DNA of 64,000 nt from Azolla caroliniana (lineage: Eukaryota > Plantae > Polypodiophyta): positions 1-64,000 of the forward strand of contig JBHGNT010000109.1 of the NCBI GenBank assembly GCA_043228905.1. Reading direction: 5' to 3'. Below, in pieces: positions 37,827 to 51,700 of this stretch (its first letter is position 1; each line of letters begins with the position of its first letter). The notes under the pieces are model-generated. The model did no database searches. It was not told the origin of the DNA and was given only the letters and a program-made list of their open reading frames with translations. A program made the position numbers and the translations under genes.

Positions 37827-38268
37827 TGTGTTATTCCTTAGGGCCGGACAATGGCCTAACACAGGGTGTCTACGGAAGACACTTCACCAAAGGGGTGCTA
37901 CGGCGAGATAACTTAAGACTCAACAATTAATCAGACTTAATTGGTTACTTAGCAATATGGCATTAGACTTGATACACGCGTATGATAGAACAATTAACAT
38001 AGAATGGTATCAACACTTAAAGATAAAACAAGAAGCTCTATTAATCATCCATCAAAGCTTTACATTGTAAGTGGGCCTTTATATAGGTCACCGGTGCTGA
38101 GTACAAAACGGTGTCAACCGGCACCTGTTTGGAATCGGTCCGGATCCAAATCGGCATACCGATTCTAGTACGTCCGTTCATGTCTCATAAACTACTTAAT
38201 TATAATAGATTCCGAATAACAATCCCTTTCACATTCTGGTCTTTAACTCCTTTGCCGACCGGGTAACA
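37827..38268 (-). repeat. 5' LTR of Gypsy B
   Basis: TG..CA termini, TATA on the minus strand near 38078-38084, PBS immediately inside. Confidence 0.9.
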
Positions 38269-40364
38269 GTGTCCACTTGACATACATCGGTATGCACCAG
38301 CCCCAGTGGTGCGTTCCATCTCATCAGTGGCCTTGATCGAAGGAGATTCAGTTTTGCTTGCCGGCCAAGAAATCAGTGCACTTCTCAAGTTGCACTTCCT
38401 TCACCGAAATGAGGTTGTCTTTGACAAGCCTCTTCATCCCCTTCTCACTCATGTGACTCAGTCTTTTGTGTCACAGCTCACCGGCAATGTCGGAAGCAAC
38501 GATCACTTCTTCTTCCCGGCATAACCGGGCGTTCATCAAGTACAATGTGTTGACTTTCTAGGCCCAAGACACTATTAGGCTCCCCTTGCTGAACTTCATG
38601 ACTCCGTTCCGGATGCTACCCGTGTAGCCTTCATCATCTAGCCGACCGGCTGATATTAGGTTCAATCGAACCTCGGGAACGTGTCGGACATCCTTCAATA
38701 GCAACTTGCATCTAGTTTGTGTCGTCAACCACACGTCTCCTATGCTGACAATTCGGCATGTACCTTCATTCCCCATCCAGACACAACCGTGCTCGCTGGT
38801 TGTGTAGGATGAGAAGCATTTCTGGTCCAGGGTAAGGTGGAACGACGCTCCGGAATCGACAACCCACGTTGTCTCGTCGCCGACAAGGTTCAACTAACAT
38901 TCCTCGGTGATGAGCATTACTGCCTCTTCACTTGCTGCGATCGCCGTCGTTCCCTTCAGGTCTAGGCCTCGCCAGTCTGACCATTTCGGTCCGGTGACTT
39001 CTTCGAATCGGTATTGTCAGTTCCTTTGTCTTTCTGGAAATGCCGACAGTTCTTCTGGAAGTGCCCCGGCTTGCCGCAATAGAAGCAAGTGGGCCTCCCC
39101 CTTGACTTTGACCATGTTCCCGACTTTTCCCGGTTCTGGGGACTCCGATTCCTTTGTCTTCTGCGTTCCGATTCGGTAAGGAGGGCTTTGGCGTCGGAGA
39201 TCACCGCCTTGTCTTTTTGACGCGCCTCCTCATCTAGCAAGCTCGACTTGACTCTTGCTAGGGATAGTTGTTTTCCTTCCGGCCCAGTGTTGCCCAACGT
39301 GACAACTAACGTCTCCCAGCTATCTGGGAGGGAACTGAGCAGGAGCAATGTGAGTACCTCATCGGCGAGAGGTACTTCCAACGAGGTTGCTTGATGTATT
39401 AGCCCTTGGAAGGCATTCATGTGCTCCACCATACTGGAGCCATCTTGGTACCGGAGCCTCACTAGCTTCTGGAATACTGAAACCCGATTAACAACATTCT
39501 TGTTCTCGAACATGATGTCGATCTTCTCCCAGAGTTCATGGGCCATACTTTCTTCATTGAAGTTGTTGTACAGGCTCATGTCGATGAAGCATCGGATGTA
39601 TGCCGTCGTGTTCATGTGCATCACCTCCCACAATGTGGCGTCGATCTTATCCGGTCTCTTGTCCCCGAACTGAACCGGCAACCAAAGATCTTTGACCACC
39701 AGCATATCCCTCATCTTCAACTTCCACACTGAGTAGTTGGAGCCGGTGAGCTTGAACATGCCGCCAAACGATTCTTCCATTTCCTGTGTTGTTCGTTCTG
39801 ATACTAGATTGACGAGAATATGCGGAATATTACCCAGCCACACCCGAGTCTTAGAACATCTCGTTTAGAATCGAAAACTGAAAAATGCGAATGGAGGTAA
39901 GTACACGTACACACACAGACAATAAGAGAGTGCACAGGATGTTTACGTGGAAAACCCTAAACGGGAAAAACCACGGGAGCTCACAGACTCCGAACTATGA
40001 CTGTGTGAGAAAGGTATACACAAGGATGTGTAGAGGCAACGACCTCGTGCATATAGTCTTCGCCTGGCGGCGGTTACAACAGAGACTCCTCAAGGTCTCT
40101 CTCTCTCTCTGAGCTCTCTATCTCTGTCTATACAACAGTTACTACAACAATAACGACCCCTCTAAAGTGATTGCCCTAAGTCATATTTATACTTATATGA
40201 ACTTAGGGCTATTTACAAATATAGCCTCAATAGGCTTACTTAGAAACATATTTACGGATATGTCTTTTACATCCGGTTCTCACTGAGTCTTCTACATCTG
40301 GTTCTCACCGGGTCTTCTATGTCTGATTCTGAGGATCCCATCCGGAGGGACCGAAATCCCAACA

Positions 40365-41039
40365 TACAACATCATTGAATTAATGAAAAAAATTTACATA
40401 TGACCATATACATGATTAGAAGGGAGAAGAAAAAATAGGAAAAAAAACAAGAAAGATTACCGAAGTTCCTTTGTTGATCATTGTCTGGATCAAGGCCGAC
40501 CGCACATCGATCGATCACCATCATTCAAGAAGACAAAAGACAACAAAAGAAACTTTAGAACATGAACTCTGAAACCAACTATTAGAGATATGATCTAATG
40601 TAAGCGTATGATAAGGAGAAAAGAATGATAGATAGATAGATAGAAAGGAGAGAGAGAAAGAAGGGTGTCAATCCACCTGACCACCCTCGAGCGAAGGGAT
40701 TGAGATAGACTCCAGCCTCGATCGGTGTCCCATACCACCACCGTGGCATTGAGTTGTACATGGTGCTGGCACGCTCGTTACAAGAGTTGAACCACCACAA
40801 AACAGAGTTTCGACGTAGTCAAAAGATGATCAAATGAGGGTAGCTAGGCCTCTTATTTATAGTGATACCCAAGGCCCCCATGCAAGTTCACACTTGGCCT
40901 AATGGGTTGTCTCAATCCCAAGGATTAAAAGTAATCCTCCCCTTCTTTACACTCTCGTTTAACCCTCACACTTGTCCACGTGTATAGAATACTACGGTAA
41001 ATTCTCACCACGGGATATTATATGGTCATGCCCGTAACA
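40365..41039 (-). mobile_element. Gypsy-A-family element E: 5' LTR 40580-41039, PBS and start of leader (interrupted by Copia D)
   Basis: Reverse complement of 17370-18030; PBS TGGTTTCAGAG. Confidence 0.9.
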
Positions 41040-41399
41040 TCCGGTATGCCCATAGAGCGTTGTGCCACTTTGTGTCCCATGTTACGAAGGCGCTACGAGT
41101 CTTCTTAGTGCACACCGGATCGTGTTGTGCAAGATCCTTAGTGTGTTCAAGGAGAGAAAGGAAAGGAGGAAGGAGACTTACCTCAGTAGCAGCTCAAAAA
41201 AACGTTCATTTTCATTACATAGAGAAAAAAGCCTCTTACGTCTGTTTTCTGTTTTTCTTCTTCTCTTCTTACTTCACTCTCCTACATTTTTGCCTAAGTA
41301 TATAAGTGACTTACATATTCAACTAATTAGCTGTGAGTAGCTAAATAGTTGTGGATAGCTAAATAGTTGTTTGGGTTCCAGCCCAATCAACATCTACAT

Positions 41400-41955
41400 A
41401 TCCTTCCAACTTTATGTCCAGATCAACCCTGTAAAATAGTCCATGGTTTATCATCATATTTTTTATGTCTTAGATTTTTTCCACACCAAGCATTTCAATC
41501 AGATTTACTACCAGAGTTTTCAGAGATGGTCCAATACATTCTATTGATGTTGAACTTTTCTGCCCACCCTTATTTCCATTTCCATGGCAATCTCTTCCAT
41601 TTTCAGATTTATTTTTCTCTTCATTTTCATTGCCTTCATCAGTTTCTACATTTTGTTTTGGGTTGTACCAACTGCCCAACTCATCAAATATTACATCACG
41701 ACTTACTACAAACTTTTTTGTCAAAGGGTTAAAACATCTATACCCTTTTTGCTCCTTTGAATATCACACAAAAACACATTTTTTCAGCTTTTGGATCAAG
41801 CTTACTCCTTACTTCAGCAGGTACATGAACATAAGTATCAGGAATAGTACTAAAACAGAGACAGAATTAGTATTAGAGAAGGGAACTTTACTATGAGGAT
41901 TAGTACTAAGAAGAAGGGACTGCGTAATACTCACGAGAGAGGAAGAGAGAAGAGG

Positions 41956-42012
<57 letters not shown>

Positions 42013-45000
42013 TGATAACAGATGATATATTATCTGAAGAGTAAGTACAAAATAGCTATGAGGTTTAAGACTGGCGTTGAACCGATTTGGTTCCAAATAA
42101 TGCCTTGTGCCTCCTTTTATAGTGTTTTCAGGAGTACTCCTAAAGTTTCTAGAATGTTCTAGATTTCAACTGATTTGGTTCCAAATAATGCCTTGTGCCT
42201 CCTTTTATAGTGTTTTCAGGAGTACTCCTAAAGTTTCTAGAATGTTCTAGAGAAATCTAGAATATACATCCATTTTCTATAATGAAATAATAAATGAAAA
42301 TAATATCTTTTGTATTACAATATATAGTCTAATGGCAAGAACTCGACCTATGTAACATAAGGTCATGGGTTCGATTCTTGCCATATCATGACACTATCCC
42401 TCCTTTAAAACGACAAGTGTCACGAGTCGTTTTGGATTGAGGACCCAGTTTGTCTGGATATTGACGATGGAAGTCTTCAAGAAGAGCACATGCATTGGTC
42501 ACATTCTCTATTGGTTCCCAAGTGCGCTCATTAGGACTATATCCTAGCCAATCAACCAAATAGTACAGCCTGTTGCGAACAATCTTGGAATTGAGGATGG
42601 CGGCAACCTCGTACTCCGGTCTATCTTGAAGTTTGATTGGGGGTGGAGGTTGTTTAATACGACTTGGGATGGTGTTGTCCTGATAGGGTTCTAGGAGAAA
42701 ACTATGAAACACTCGATGTATCCGTAGTTGCGGAGGTAGATCGAGACGAAAAGCGATATCATTAATTTTTCCAATAATACAAAAAGGACCTAATCGTCGA
42801 TAATCCAATTTATCGCATGGGCGAGTAGTCTTGATGTGTCATCTTAATAGCCATACCCGATCTCCAATGTTAAAATTGGACAGAAGCCAATGACGATCCG
42901 CATAATCCTTGTGTATTTGTTGAGCTTGTTGTAGATGAGTAGATAAATCCGGCTATATCTTGCGTAGCCGCTCCAAACGATCCTTTGCACACCACCGGGG
43001 ATGATAACCCTTATAAGCATAAAATGGTGTAACCTTAGTCGATGAGTGGACAGAGTTATTATACGCAAATTCGGCCAAGTGGAGAATATTCGCCCAGTCA
43101 TCTTGGTGATAGCTTAGAAAGCACCGAAGATACTATTCCAACGATTGATTTGTTCGTTCTCCTTGTTCGTTTGTGTGCGGGTGGTAGCCGAAGGAGAGGT
43201 TACAAGTGACATTGAGCATTTTGAAAAGGTGCTTCCAGAATTTCAAGACGAATTGGGGTCCACATCCGTCGATGATATTATTGGGGACACCATGATGTTG
43301 ACATACCTCACACATGACGGTTTCGGTGGTTTCTCCACTAGTGATTTCCTTAGTACATGGTAGGAAATGGGCCATCTTCATATATCGATCTAGTATTGTT
43401 AAGATCGCATCAAATCCCGTAGAAACTAGAAGATCTATGATGAAATCTAGAGCAATGGATTGCCACGGCTTGTTTGGAATTCGTAATAGTTCCAATAAAC
43501 CATATGGATAATGTCTTGGCATCTTTGCTTTGCAACATGTATCACATGTTCGAGCATAATATTTGATAAATCATCGCATATGAGGCCACCAAAATGATCA
43601 TTGTACTAAATCTAACGTTTTAGTACTACTAAAATGCCCAGTTGTATATGTGTCATGACAATTTTGAATTACTTGAAGGCGACAAGAACCATTAGGAACA
43701 TACAAGAGACTCTTAAAGAATAGTAATCCATCATGTCATTCGAATTGTCGATAATCCGTACCTGGTTGTTGCGACTGTGAACAACATGCCCGAGAGGGGT
43801 CAATTTTTGCTAGAATGGCTTGAGCGAAATCATCCGCCTTCAAGTCCTCACGTATGATATCGATAATGTGGGAATCCAATGGCATATCGAAAATCCGCAT
43901 TGCTTATAGTCGTGCCGGTCCCAAGATTACTTGCTTTTGGTTATCGAATGCTAGCTCACCAGGATGCGATGCTAGATACGAGTGCCATGATAATGCATTT
44001 GCCTTCCTTTGCTGCTTTCCAGGACGATATGTAATTTTGAAGTCGAAACGAGTGAGGAATTGGGCCCACCGAGCTTGACATCGATTTAAAACACGAGCAT
44101 TCTAGAAGTAGGCAAGATTTTTGTAATCATTGAATATGGTGACTTGATGAGAAGATCCCTCTAGGAAACACATCTATTGCATAAAAGAGTCCACTATTGC
44201 TAGTAGCTCTTGATCGTGAATTTTGTTGTTGATTTCGGCGGCGTCAAACTTGCGTGAGTAGAAAGCCACAGGATGTAGCTTTTCATCATCGCCTTGTTGT
44301 GAAAGAATGCTACCCAAGGCGAAATCCGAAGCATCTGCCTTAATGATGAATGGTTTTGCCGGATCAACATGAGCTAGAATAGGATCTGATGTAAATGCCT
44401 TCTTAAGACTCTCAAAAGCCATGTCCGCTTCTTCAAACCAAACAAATGACTGCCCCTTCTTCGTAAGCTATGTGAGAGGCAAAAAGAACTTTGAATAATC
44501 CTATATAAACTTGCGGTAGAAATTCGCAAAGCCTAAAAAGCAGTGCACATCTCGCAAGGAACGTGGAGTATGCCACTCTACCACAGTTTTGAACTTATTT
44601 GGATCCATAGAGATGCCTTCCGAGGAGATGAGATAGCCCAAATATTCCACATGGTTGCACTTCAAACTACATTTTTCCAGTTTTGCATAAAGACCATGTT
44701 CTCGAAGCCGTTTTAGTAATAACAGTACATGAGAATCATGCTCTTCTTGGGTCTTCGAATAAACTAGTAGATCATCGAAATAGATGATCAAACAGACATC
44801 CAAGAGATCGAAATATATCATTTGTCATGTGTTGGAAGACTGTTGGCGCATTAGTGAGACTGAATGGCATGAGTGTATACTCGAAGTGCCCATATCAGGT
44901 GCGAAATGCGGTCTTCCGTTATTCTCTAGGTCAGATCCGTACGAGGTTATATGCTTCTCATAAGTCGATTTTTGTGAAGAACCTTGTACCATTGATCCAC

Positions 45001-47652
45001 TCTAAAAGACTTGAAATAAGGGGAAGTGCATACCCATTCCTGATGGTGACCTTATTCAAGCCATAGTAGTGTACAACAAGACAAAGTGATCCATCCTTTT
45101 TCTTGACGAAGAAAATGGGTGCGCCGGCTAGAGATTTCGAATGTCGAATAAAACCGTTTGCCAAGTTTTCCTCTATATAAGCTCGAGGGACTTCAAGCTC
45201 GGTTGGTGACAAATTGTAGATCGGTCCCCATGGTGGCTCTTTTCTTGGTTGTAAATCAATGGGGCAATCATACGGTCGGTAGTGAGGAAGCGTATTGGCT
45301 TGTACCTTATCGAACACATCGGCATAATGACGATACTTCTCTAGAAGTTGAATTGTGGACTCCTCCTTAGTGGTGTTGGAAGGTTTTATTGATACTGCGA
45401 AGATAAACATTGCTTCCTTGCATCCTTCCTCACGCAATTGATGTAGCGAAATGGTTGCAATCTTATGAGTAGATCCTCGGGTTTGTCGATAGCGAATTTC
45501 TCTTGTTCTCCAATCTATGTCTAGGTTATGTGATTCAAACCATGGTAATCCCAAAACAATGGTATGTTTTGGGCTACTGATTATATTGAGTGATATTTCA
45601 CACACTAAATTATCTAGGACAATATTAACTGGCTCTGACTCTTCTATGATATTTCCAGAAGCAATGGGATGACCATCAATGACTACTACAGAGGCTGGAC
45701 AAGGGAGTTTTCTTAGGGATATCTGATGAGCTTGGGCAAAATTCCTATCCATGAAGCAAGAATTAGCCCTGAAATCTAGGAGTGCTAAGACATGTACTGG
45801 AGGGGTAATTTTAGTAGTAATTGTTACTAGACAGGTCTAAGAACACATTGCTAACTTCGTTAGAGGGAATGGAACCACTAAAGGGTTGCACAGATCTAGG
45901 GTTGTCCAACCAAACAACTCCTATTTTGGCTGGACTTAATCGTTTGGCTCTTCTTCTAATTCACCCAGGACATCAAATTTGTTCGATAAATTTGGGCTAT
46001 TAGATATTCCTACCGAAATAGATTCAGGTTTAGTAGAATTAGAACTAACAACTATTTGGTTTACCTGTCTTCTTGGCCTATGGGGGACAATTCACTGCAA
46101 TATGCCCTGGTCCACCGCAATAAAGACATAGTCGATTTGCTCGTCGTCATTACTTTTCCTCTTTCGATAATGGTCTGTGATGACGTGTGGTGTCGATTTC
46201 CATCGGAGTTGGAGTATTTGTTGGAGACGCATTATATGACTCCTTTGGAAAAGGTTTTGCTAGCACTGAGGTGTAGGTGGGCTCTGATCTTGTCCTTGGC
46301 ATCTGGAACTGACGTTCTGAACGTCGTTCGAAAAGGCTATTATCACATCGCACCACGCGAGTAATTGCTTCTGTCAATGACTTTGGATCTTCGGGGAAAG
46401 TTAAGAGTAAATCCTTACCATCGTTACGAAATTGCTCCATTAATGCCTGATCATCCTGGGGAATATCGGTGGTGAGAAGACAGAAATCCGCAACATAAAC
46501 CGAGGTCGGCCACTCACCTTGGCGCAATCTCTGGATTTTGTTGATTGTCGTCCTAAGACTGTCAGTATCTCCAAAACATGCTTTAAACTCGCTAATAAAC
46601 TCTTCAAAATTATTTAACAAGGGAGAGCTTTCTTCTAACAGGGGGGCAAACCATGCCAAAGTTGTGCCACTAAGTAGAGTGCCTACTAGTCCCACTCGTG
46701 ATGCATCGGTGGGATATCGAGAAGGATGCATTTGAATCACTAAACGTACCTGATTAAGAAAACCTCTAAACTGTGATCGGGTCCCATCAAATTTTGTAGG
46801 AAGACCGATTTTGGGTTCTTTGTGAATCCATTGAGTGTTTGATCCTGGTTGTTGTAATGATACAATAGTCGCTTCAACATCAGCTCCCCATGTTGTTATT
46901 TTTCTAGCGTTATTTGTTGAAGATCCCCCAACAAACGGTGATTTTCTTATTCTAGTGCTACAAATTTCTCTTTTGAGAACTGGAGCTCCAACAAAATAGA
47001 TTGGTATTCCTAAGCGCTAACAGTTGCCATTTTACTAGGTAGGATAAGAGGATTAGTATGAAGGGAAGGAGGGATAAGAGGATGAGGGGGGAAGGAAATT
47101 TTGGTTGAAACTGTCAAGAATAATACTAAAACTGAGAGAGAATTAGTACTAGAGAAGGGAACTATGATGATTAGTACTAAGAAGAAGGGACTGTGTAAGA
47201 CTCACGAGAGAGGAAGAGAGAAAAGGAGACATCTATATATATATAGAGAGAGAGAGAGAGAATGATGATAACAGATGATATATTATATGAAGAGTAAATA
47301 CAAAATAGTTATGAGGCTTAAGACTGGCGTTGAACTGATTTGGTTCGCAATAATGCTCTGTGCCTCCTTTTATAGTGTTTTCAAGAGTACTGCTAAAGTT
47401 TCTAGAATGTTCCAGAGAAATCTGGAATATACATCAATTTTGTATAGTGAAATAATAAATGAAAATAATATCCTTCATATTACAATATATAGTCTAATGG
47501 CAAGAGTTTGACCTATGTAACATAAGGTCATGGATTCGACTCTTGTCATATCATGACAATAAGCAATCCATCCGAACACTTCTAAGTGTCCTAAACTAGG
47601 TTTCCTACCATAGAAACATTCTTCAGGAGTTACTACATGTACTCCTGATCAT
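41400..47652 (-). mobile_element. Old Copia integrase remnant split by Gypsy F
   Basis: TPEECFYGRKPSLGHLEVFGWIAY (47559-47650) joins VHVP...KKFVVSRDVIFDE (41835 leftwards) across TSD ATAAG. Confidence 0.8.
41836..47558 (-). mobile_element. Gypsy F, full-length decayed Tcn1/Tf1-sushi-like chromovirus (LTRs 47112-47558 and 41836-42393)
   Basis: TSD ATAAG (41831-35, 47559-63); PPT AAAGGAGGGATAG; gag KIGLPTKFDGTRSQFRGFLNQ; RT; RH LHPVAFYSRK; integrase; chromodomain EYEVAAIL...YLVDWLGY...TWEP; no tRNA PBS. Confidence 0.93.
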
Positions 47653-47747
47653 GTAGTAACTCTTGATCATAGTACGTAAAATTCGTGTTTGTCTAGCATA
47701 ACATTCATTTTCCTATGTTGGAAAACGAATGCGAATGTTATTCAAAC

Positions 47748-48203
47748 TATTAGAGATCTAGGTACTAAAGTAAGCTTAAGATAAGAATAAACAAATGATA
47801 GATAGAAAGGAGAAAGAGAAAGAAGGGTGCCGATCCACCCGACCACCCCCGAGCGAAGGGATCGAGACGGACTCGAGCCTCGATCGGTGTCCCATACCAC
47901 CACCGTGGCGTCGAGTCATACCTGGTGTTGGTGTGCTCGCTACAAGAGTTCACCCACCACAAGAGCAGAGTCTCGATGTAGTAAAAAGGATGATCAAATG
48001 AGGGTAGCTAGGCCTCTTATTTATAGTGATACCCAAGGCCCCCAAGCAAGTTCACACTTGACCTAATGGGTTGTCTCAATCCCGAGGATTAAAAGTAATC
48101 CTCCCCTTCTTTACACTCTCATTTAACCCTCACACTTATCCACGTGGATAGAATACTACGGTAAATTCTCACCACGGGATATTAAATGGTCATGCCCGTA
48201 ACA
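47748..48203 (-). repeat. Solo LTR, Gypsy A family
   Basis: Reverse complement of 17370-17813; no PBS or PPT adjacent; flanks CAAAC/GTAAC are not a clean TSD. Confidence 0.88.
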
Positions 48204-48561
48204 GTAACGAAGAAATTGTGCCACGTGTCTGGCGATAAGAGTTTAGTAAACCCTTATCAAAAGCCCCAGCGATTGATTAATCGATTGGTCGAGTTGTTGT
48301 CGAACCCTGATGATTGCGTTCTCGACTTATTTTCTGGAACAAGTAATCTCATAAGTTTCATCAATTTTTTTAAAAATGAAATATTATTTCTTGTCTTGTT
48401 TTCTTACTTTTGTATGTGTGATTGTTTATTTAGGAACGACAATTGCATGTGCTCTTAAATTGTTCAAGAACTACATTGCATTAGAAAAGGACCCCGACCA
48501 AGTCAATTTTATTAAGATGAGAATCTAAGGCATCTGGGATTGTCCCAACCAGGACCAAGAG
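48204..48561 (+). pseudogene. Beta-class N4-cytosine/N6-adenine DNA methyltransferase (N6_N4_Mtase-like), SAM-binding half; exons 48204-48342 and 48434-48561, intron 48343-48433
   Basis: Spliced translation NPYQKPQRLINRLVELLSNPDDCVLDLFSGT[R, likely from G]TTIACALKLFKNYIALEKDPDQVNFIKMRI matches motifs X-I-II-III. GT..AG AT-rich 91-bp intron; stop at 48526. Confidence 0.85.
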
Positions 48562-48736
48562 TGTTATGGACATGACCATATAATATCCCGTAGTGAGAAT
48601 TTACCATACTATTCTATACACGTGGATAAGTGTGAAGGTTAAATGAGAGTGTAAAGAAGGAGAGGATTACTTTTAATCCTCGGGATTGAGACAACCCGTT
48701 AGGCCAAGTGTGAACTTCCCTAGGGGACATGCATAT

Positions 48737-51700
48737 TGTCGCAATTCCGTGCTCGGCCACAACCGAGGAACAGGATCGATTCACAGAAAACGGGAAATAC
48801 AGCAATGCACGAAAAACAATAGAGAGAAGGGTACACTGGATGTTTTACGTGGAAAACCCTAAATGGGAAAAACCACGGGAGTGCAAGACTCCAACTATCA
48901 CTATACGCGGGAATGTACAATGGCGAGCTGCAAGGCGACGACCTTGAGCTCGCTGTCCTCGCCACAGGCGGCGGTATTACACAGAGGCGTCGACCTCTTC
49001 CTTCCTCTTTCTCTCTCACTCTATCTCGGCTGCTCTCACTTCGCTCCCTCTTAGTGAAATGAGCAACAACAAAAACTGTTTGCCCTAAGTCATATTTATA
49101 CACATATGACTTTCGGGCTATTTACAAATATAGCCTCAAGGGCCCTTGGCAAACATATTCACAGATATGTCCCCGCATCCGGATCTCTCTCCGGGTACAT
49201 ACGTCATCCGGCTCCGTAACCGGGGTCTTCAGCATCCGGCTCTGTAACCGGGTACTCTTCATCCGGCTTCATGCCGGGTACTCTTCATCATACGGTTCCG
49301 TCACAGCCTCCGGGCTTGCCGTCATTCATCTCCGGACATCCCATCCGGAGGGACCGAAATCCCAACAAACTCCCCCTTCACTTCGGCATGGGATGTCTCT
49401 CCAACCCGATCCTCTTCCGGCATGCTTCCAGCTTGTCGGGTGTGAGCACCTTGGTCAGCATATCCGACCCGTTCTCGTCCGTGTGGATCTTCGTCAGCAC
49501 GAACTCCTTGTCTTCTATTCTTTCCCGGATCCAGTGGTATCTACGCTGGATGTGTTTCGTCCGGGAATGGTAGGCCGCGTTCTTCGCAAGGTGGATGGCA
49601 CTCAGACTATCGCAGTAGAGTCGGTACTCCTCCTGCCGGATACCGAGCTCTCTAATGAAGTCCTTCATCCATATTATTTCCTTGCCGGCTTCAACAGCCG
49701 CCATGTACTCCGCCTCCGTGGTTGACAGCGCAACCGTCTTCTGCAGCCTCGACTGCCACGAAACAGCTCCACCTGCATACGTCATCACATACCCTGATGT
49801 GGACCGGCTGGTATCTGCATCAGCCGACATATCCGAATCGGTAAAGCCGTCGAATTCGGGCTTACCGGAGCCGAATCGGAGGCACACGTTTGCCGTGCCC
49901 TTCAGGTATCGGAGTATCCACTTGACCGCGTTCCAGTGCTCTTTGCCGGGATTGCTCATGTACCGGCTCACCACTCCAACTGCATATCCTATGTCCGGTC
50001 TTGTACACACCATTGCGTACATCAAGCTTCCGACGGCAGAGGCATATGGTACTTTCATCATGTCCTCCTTCTCAGCCTTTGTCTTGGGGCTTTGCTTGCT
50101 GGACAACTTGCAGTTTGCCGGGAGGGTTGACCCGACCGGTCTTGCTTCCGACATGTTGAACCGGTGAAGCACCTTTGTCAGGTACTTCTCCTGTGACAGC
50201 CACAACTGCTTCTTCTTCCGGTCCCGGATGATGTGCATCCCTAGTATTTGCCTCGCCGGACCCAAGTCCTTCATTGAGAAGGTTCGGTGAAGCGCTTTCT
50301 TCAGCGCCCGTATCTTGACCTGGTCCCGTCCGACGATCAACATGTCGTCCACGTACAGGAGGAGTATTAGAGAGTCTCCTTCTTCGAACTTCTTCACAAA
50401 CACGCAGTGATCAGACTGCGTTTTGTGGTACCCTTCGTCGGTCATGAAGGAGTCGAACTTCCGGTACCATTGCCGGGGAGCCTGCTTCAGTCCGTAAAGG
50501 CTCTTCTTCAACCGGCATACCAGGTGCTCCTTCCCTTTCTTCTCGAATCCTTCCGGTTGCTGCATGTAGATCTCTTCTTCGAGGTCACCGTGAAGGAATG
50601 TCGTCTTCACGTCCATCTGTTCTACCTCGAGGTCCATGCTTGCCGCTATGCTCAGCACCATCCGGATGGAGGTCATCTTCACTACCGGGGCAAATATCTC
50701 GTCGAAGTCGACGCCCTTCTTCTGCTGAAACCCCTTCACCACGATCCTAGCTTTGTATCTCGGGGGGTTTCCGGCATCTCCCGGTTTCAGCTTGAACACC
50801 CACTTGTTTCGAAGTGCCCGCTTTCCTTTCGGCAACTCCACAAGTTCATATGTGTGGTTCTCATGCAGGGAATCCATCTCGTCCTGCATGGCACTCAACC
50901 ACCTGCGGCTCTGGGTGTCATGCTTTGCTTCTTCAAAGCTCTCCGGCTCCCCTTCGTCGGTTAGCAGCACGTGCTCTGGTTCCGGAAATCTCCGGGGGGC
51001 CCTTCTCTCTCTTAGAGGGTATCTCCGTTCCGGAGCTTCGGTAACCGGTTCTTCCGATTCTTCTTCATCCGAATCCATTTCGGGATCGGGGCCGGTTCCG
51101 GTATCATTTTCATCTTCTTCGGCCGGTTCTGCTTCTTCACCGTCTTCGGCCGGATCCTCGAGTGCTAACCGGTCTCTTGCCGGTCGGGACTGCTCCTCGT
51201 AGAGTTGATCCTCACCGGTCGACTTGGAGCTCTTCATCTTCTTCTCCGACTCCCAGTCGGCAAGTGTCTTGTTCTCCATGAAGATGATATCACGACTCCG
51301 GAATATCTTCTTGTCGACCGGGTCCCATACTCGGTAGCCGAACTCGTCATCGCCGTAACCGAGGAATATGCATGGCCGGGTCTTTGGATCTAGCTTTCCT
51401 CTCCGGTCCTTAGCCACATGCACATATGCGAGGCACCCGAACACCTTCAGATGCCGGTAGGATACTTCCCTACCGGTCCACACTCTCTGCGGCGTGTCTC
51501 CGTCCAAAGGTACTGAGGGTGATCTATTTATCACGTATGTCGCCGTCGACATCGCCTCAGCCCAAAACCCCTTGGGTAATTTCGCATGCGCTAGCATACT
51601 CCGGACCCTCTCCATTATGGTCCGGTTCATCCTCTCGGCCAGCCCGTTCAGTTCCGGCGTCTTCGGCACAGTAAACTCGAGCCGGATTCCCTTCGAGCGA

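Larger units (their letters stand above)
15160..38268 (-). mobile_element. Composite non-chromovirus Gypsy insertion (element B plus the 3' part of a related element B') bounded by TSD GTGTC
   Basis: GTGTC at 15155-15159 and 38269-38273; TG and CA termini; PBS TGGCGACCAC (tRNA-Arg-like) beside the LTR at 37827. Confidence 0.85.
14646..40364 (-). mobile_element. Copia D: 5' LTR 39810-40364, degenerate Met PBS, gag/protease 38274-39780, integrase continuing at 14646-15159; 3' end lost; split by a 23-kb insertion
   Basis: Gag with CFYCGKPGHFQKNC knuckle, WVVDSGASFH protease. The integrase reads through once 15160-38268 and one GTGTC copy are removed, matching the colinear sequence at 51895-51940. 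Confidence 0.9.

Noticed and set aside
41080-41392. Possible additional solo LTR (TGTTACG...ATCAACA)
   Set aside because: No second copy, TSD, PBS or clear PPT in the window to support it.
42325-42390. Functional tRNA gene
   Set aside because: A and B boxes are present but there is no proper acceptor stem or canonical anticodon arm; kept only as a tRNA-like LTR motif.
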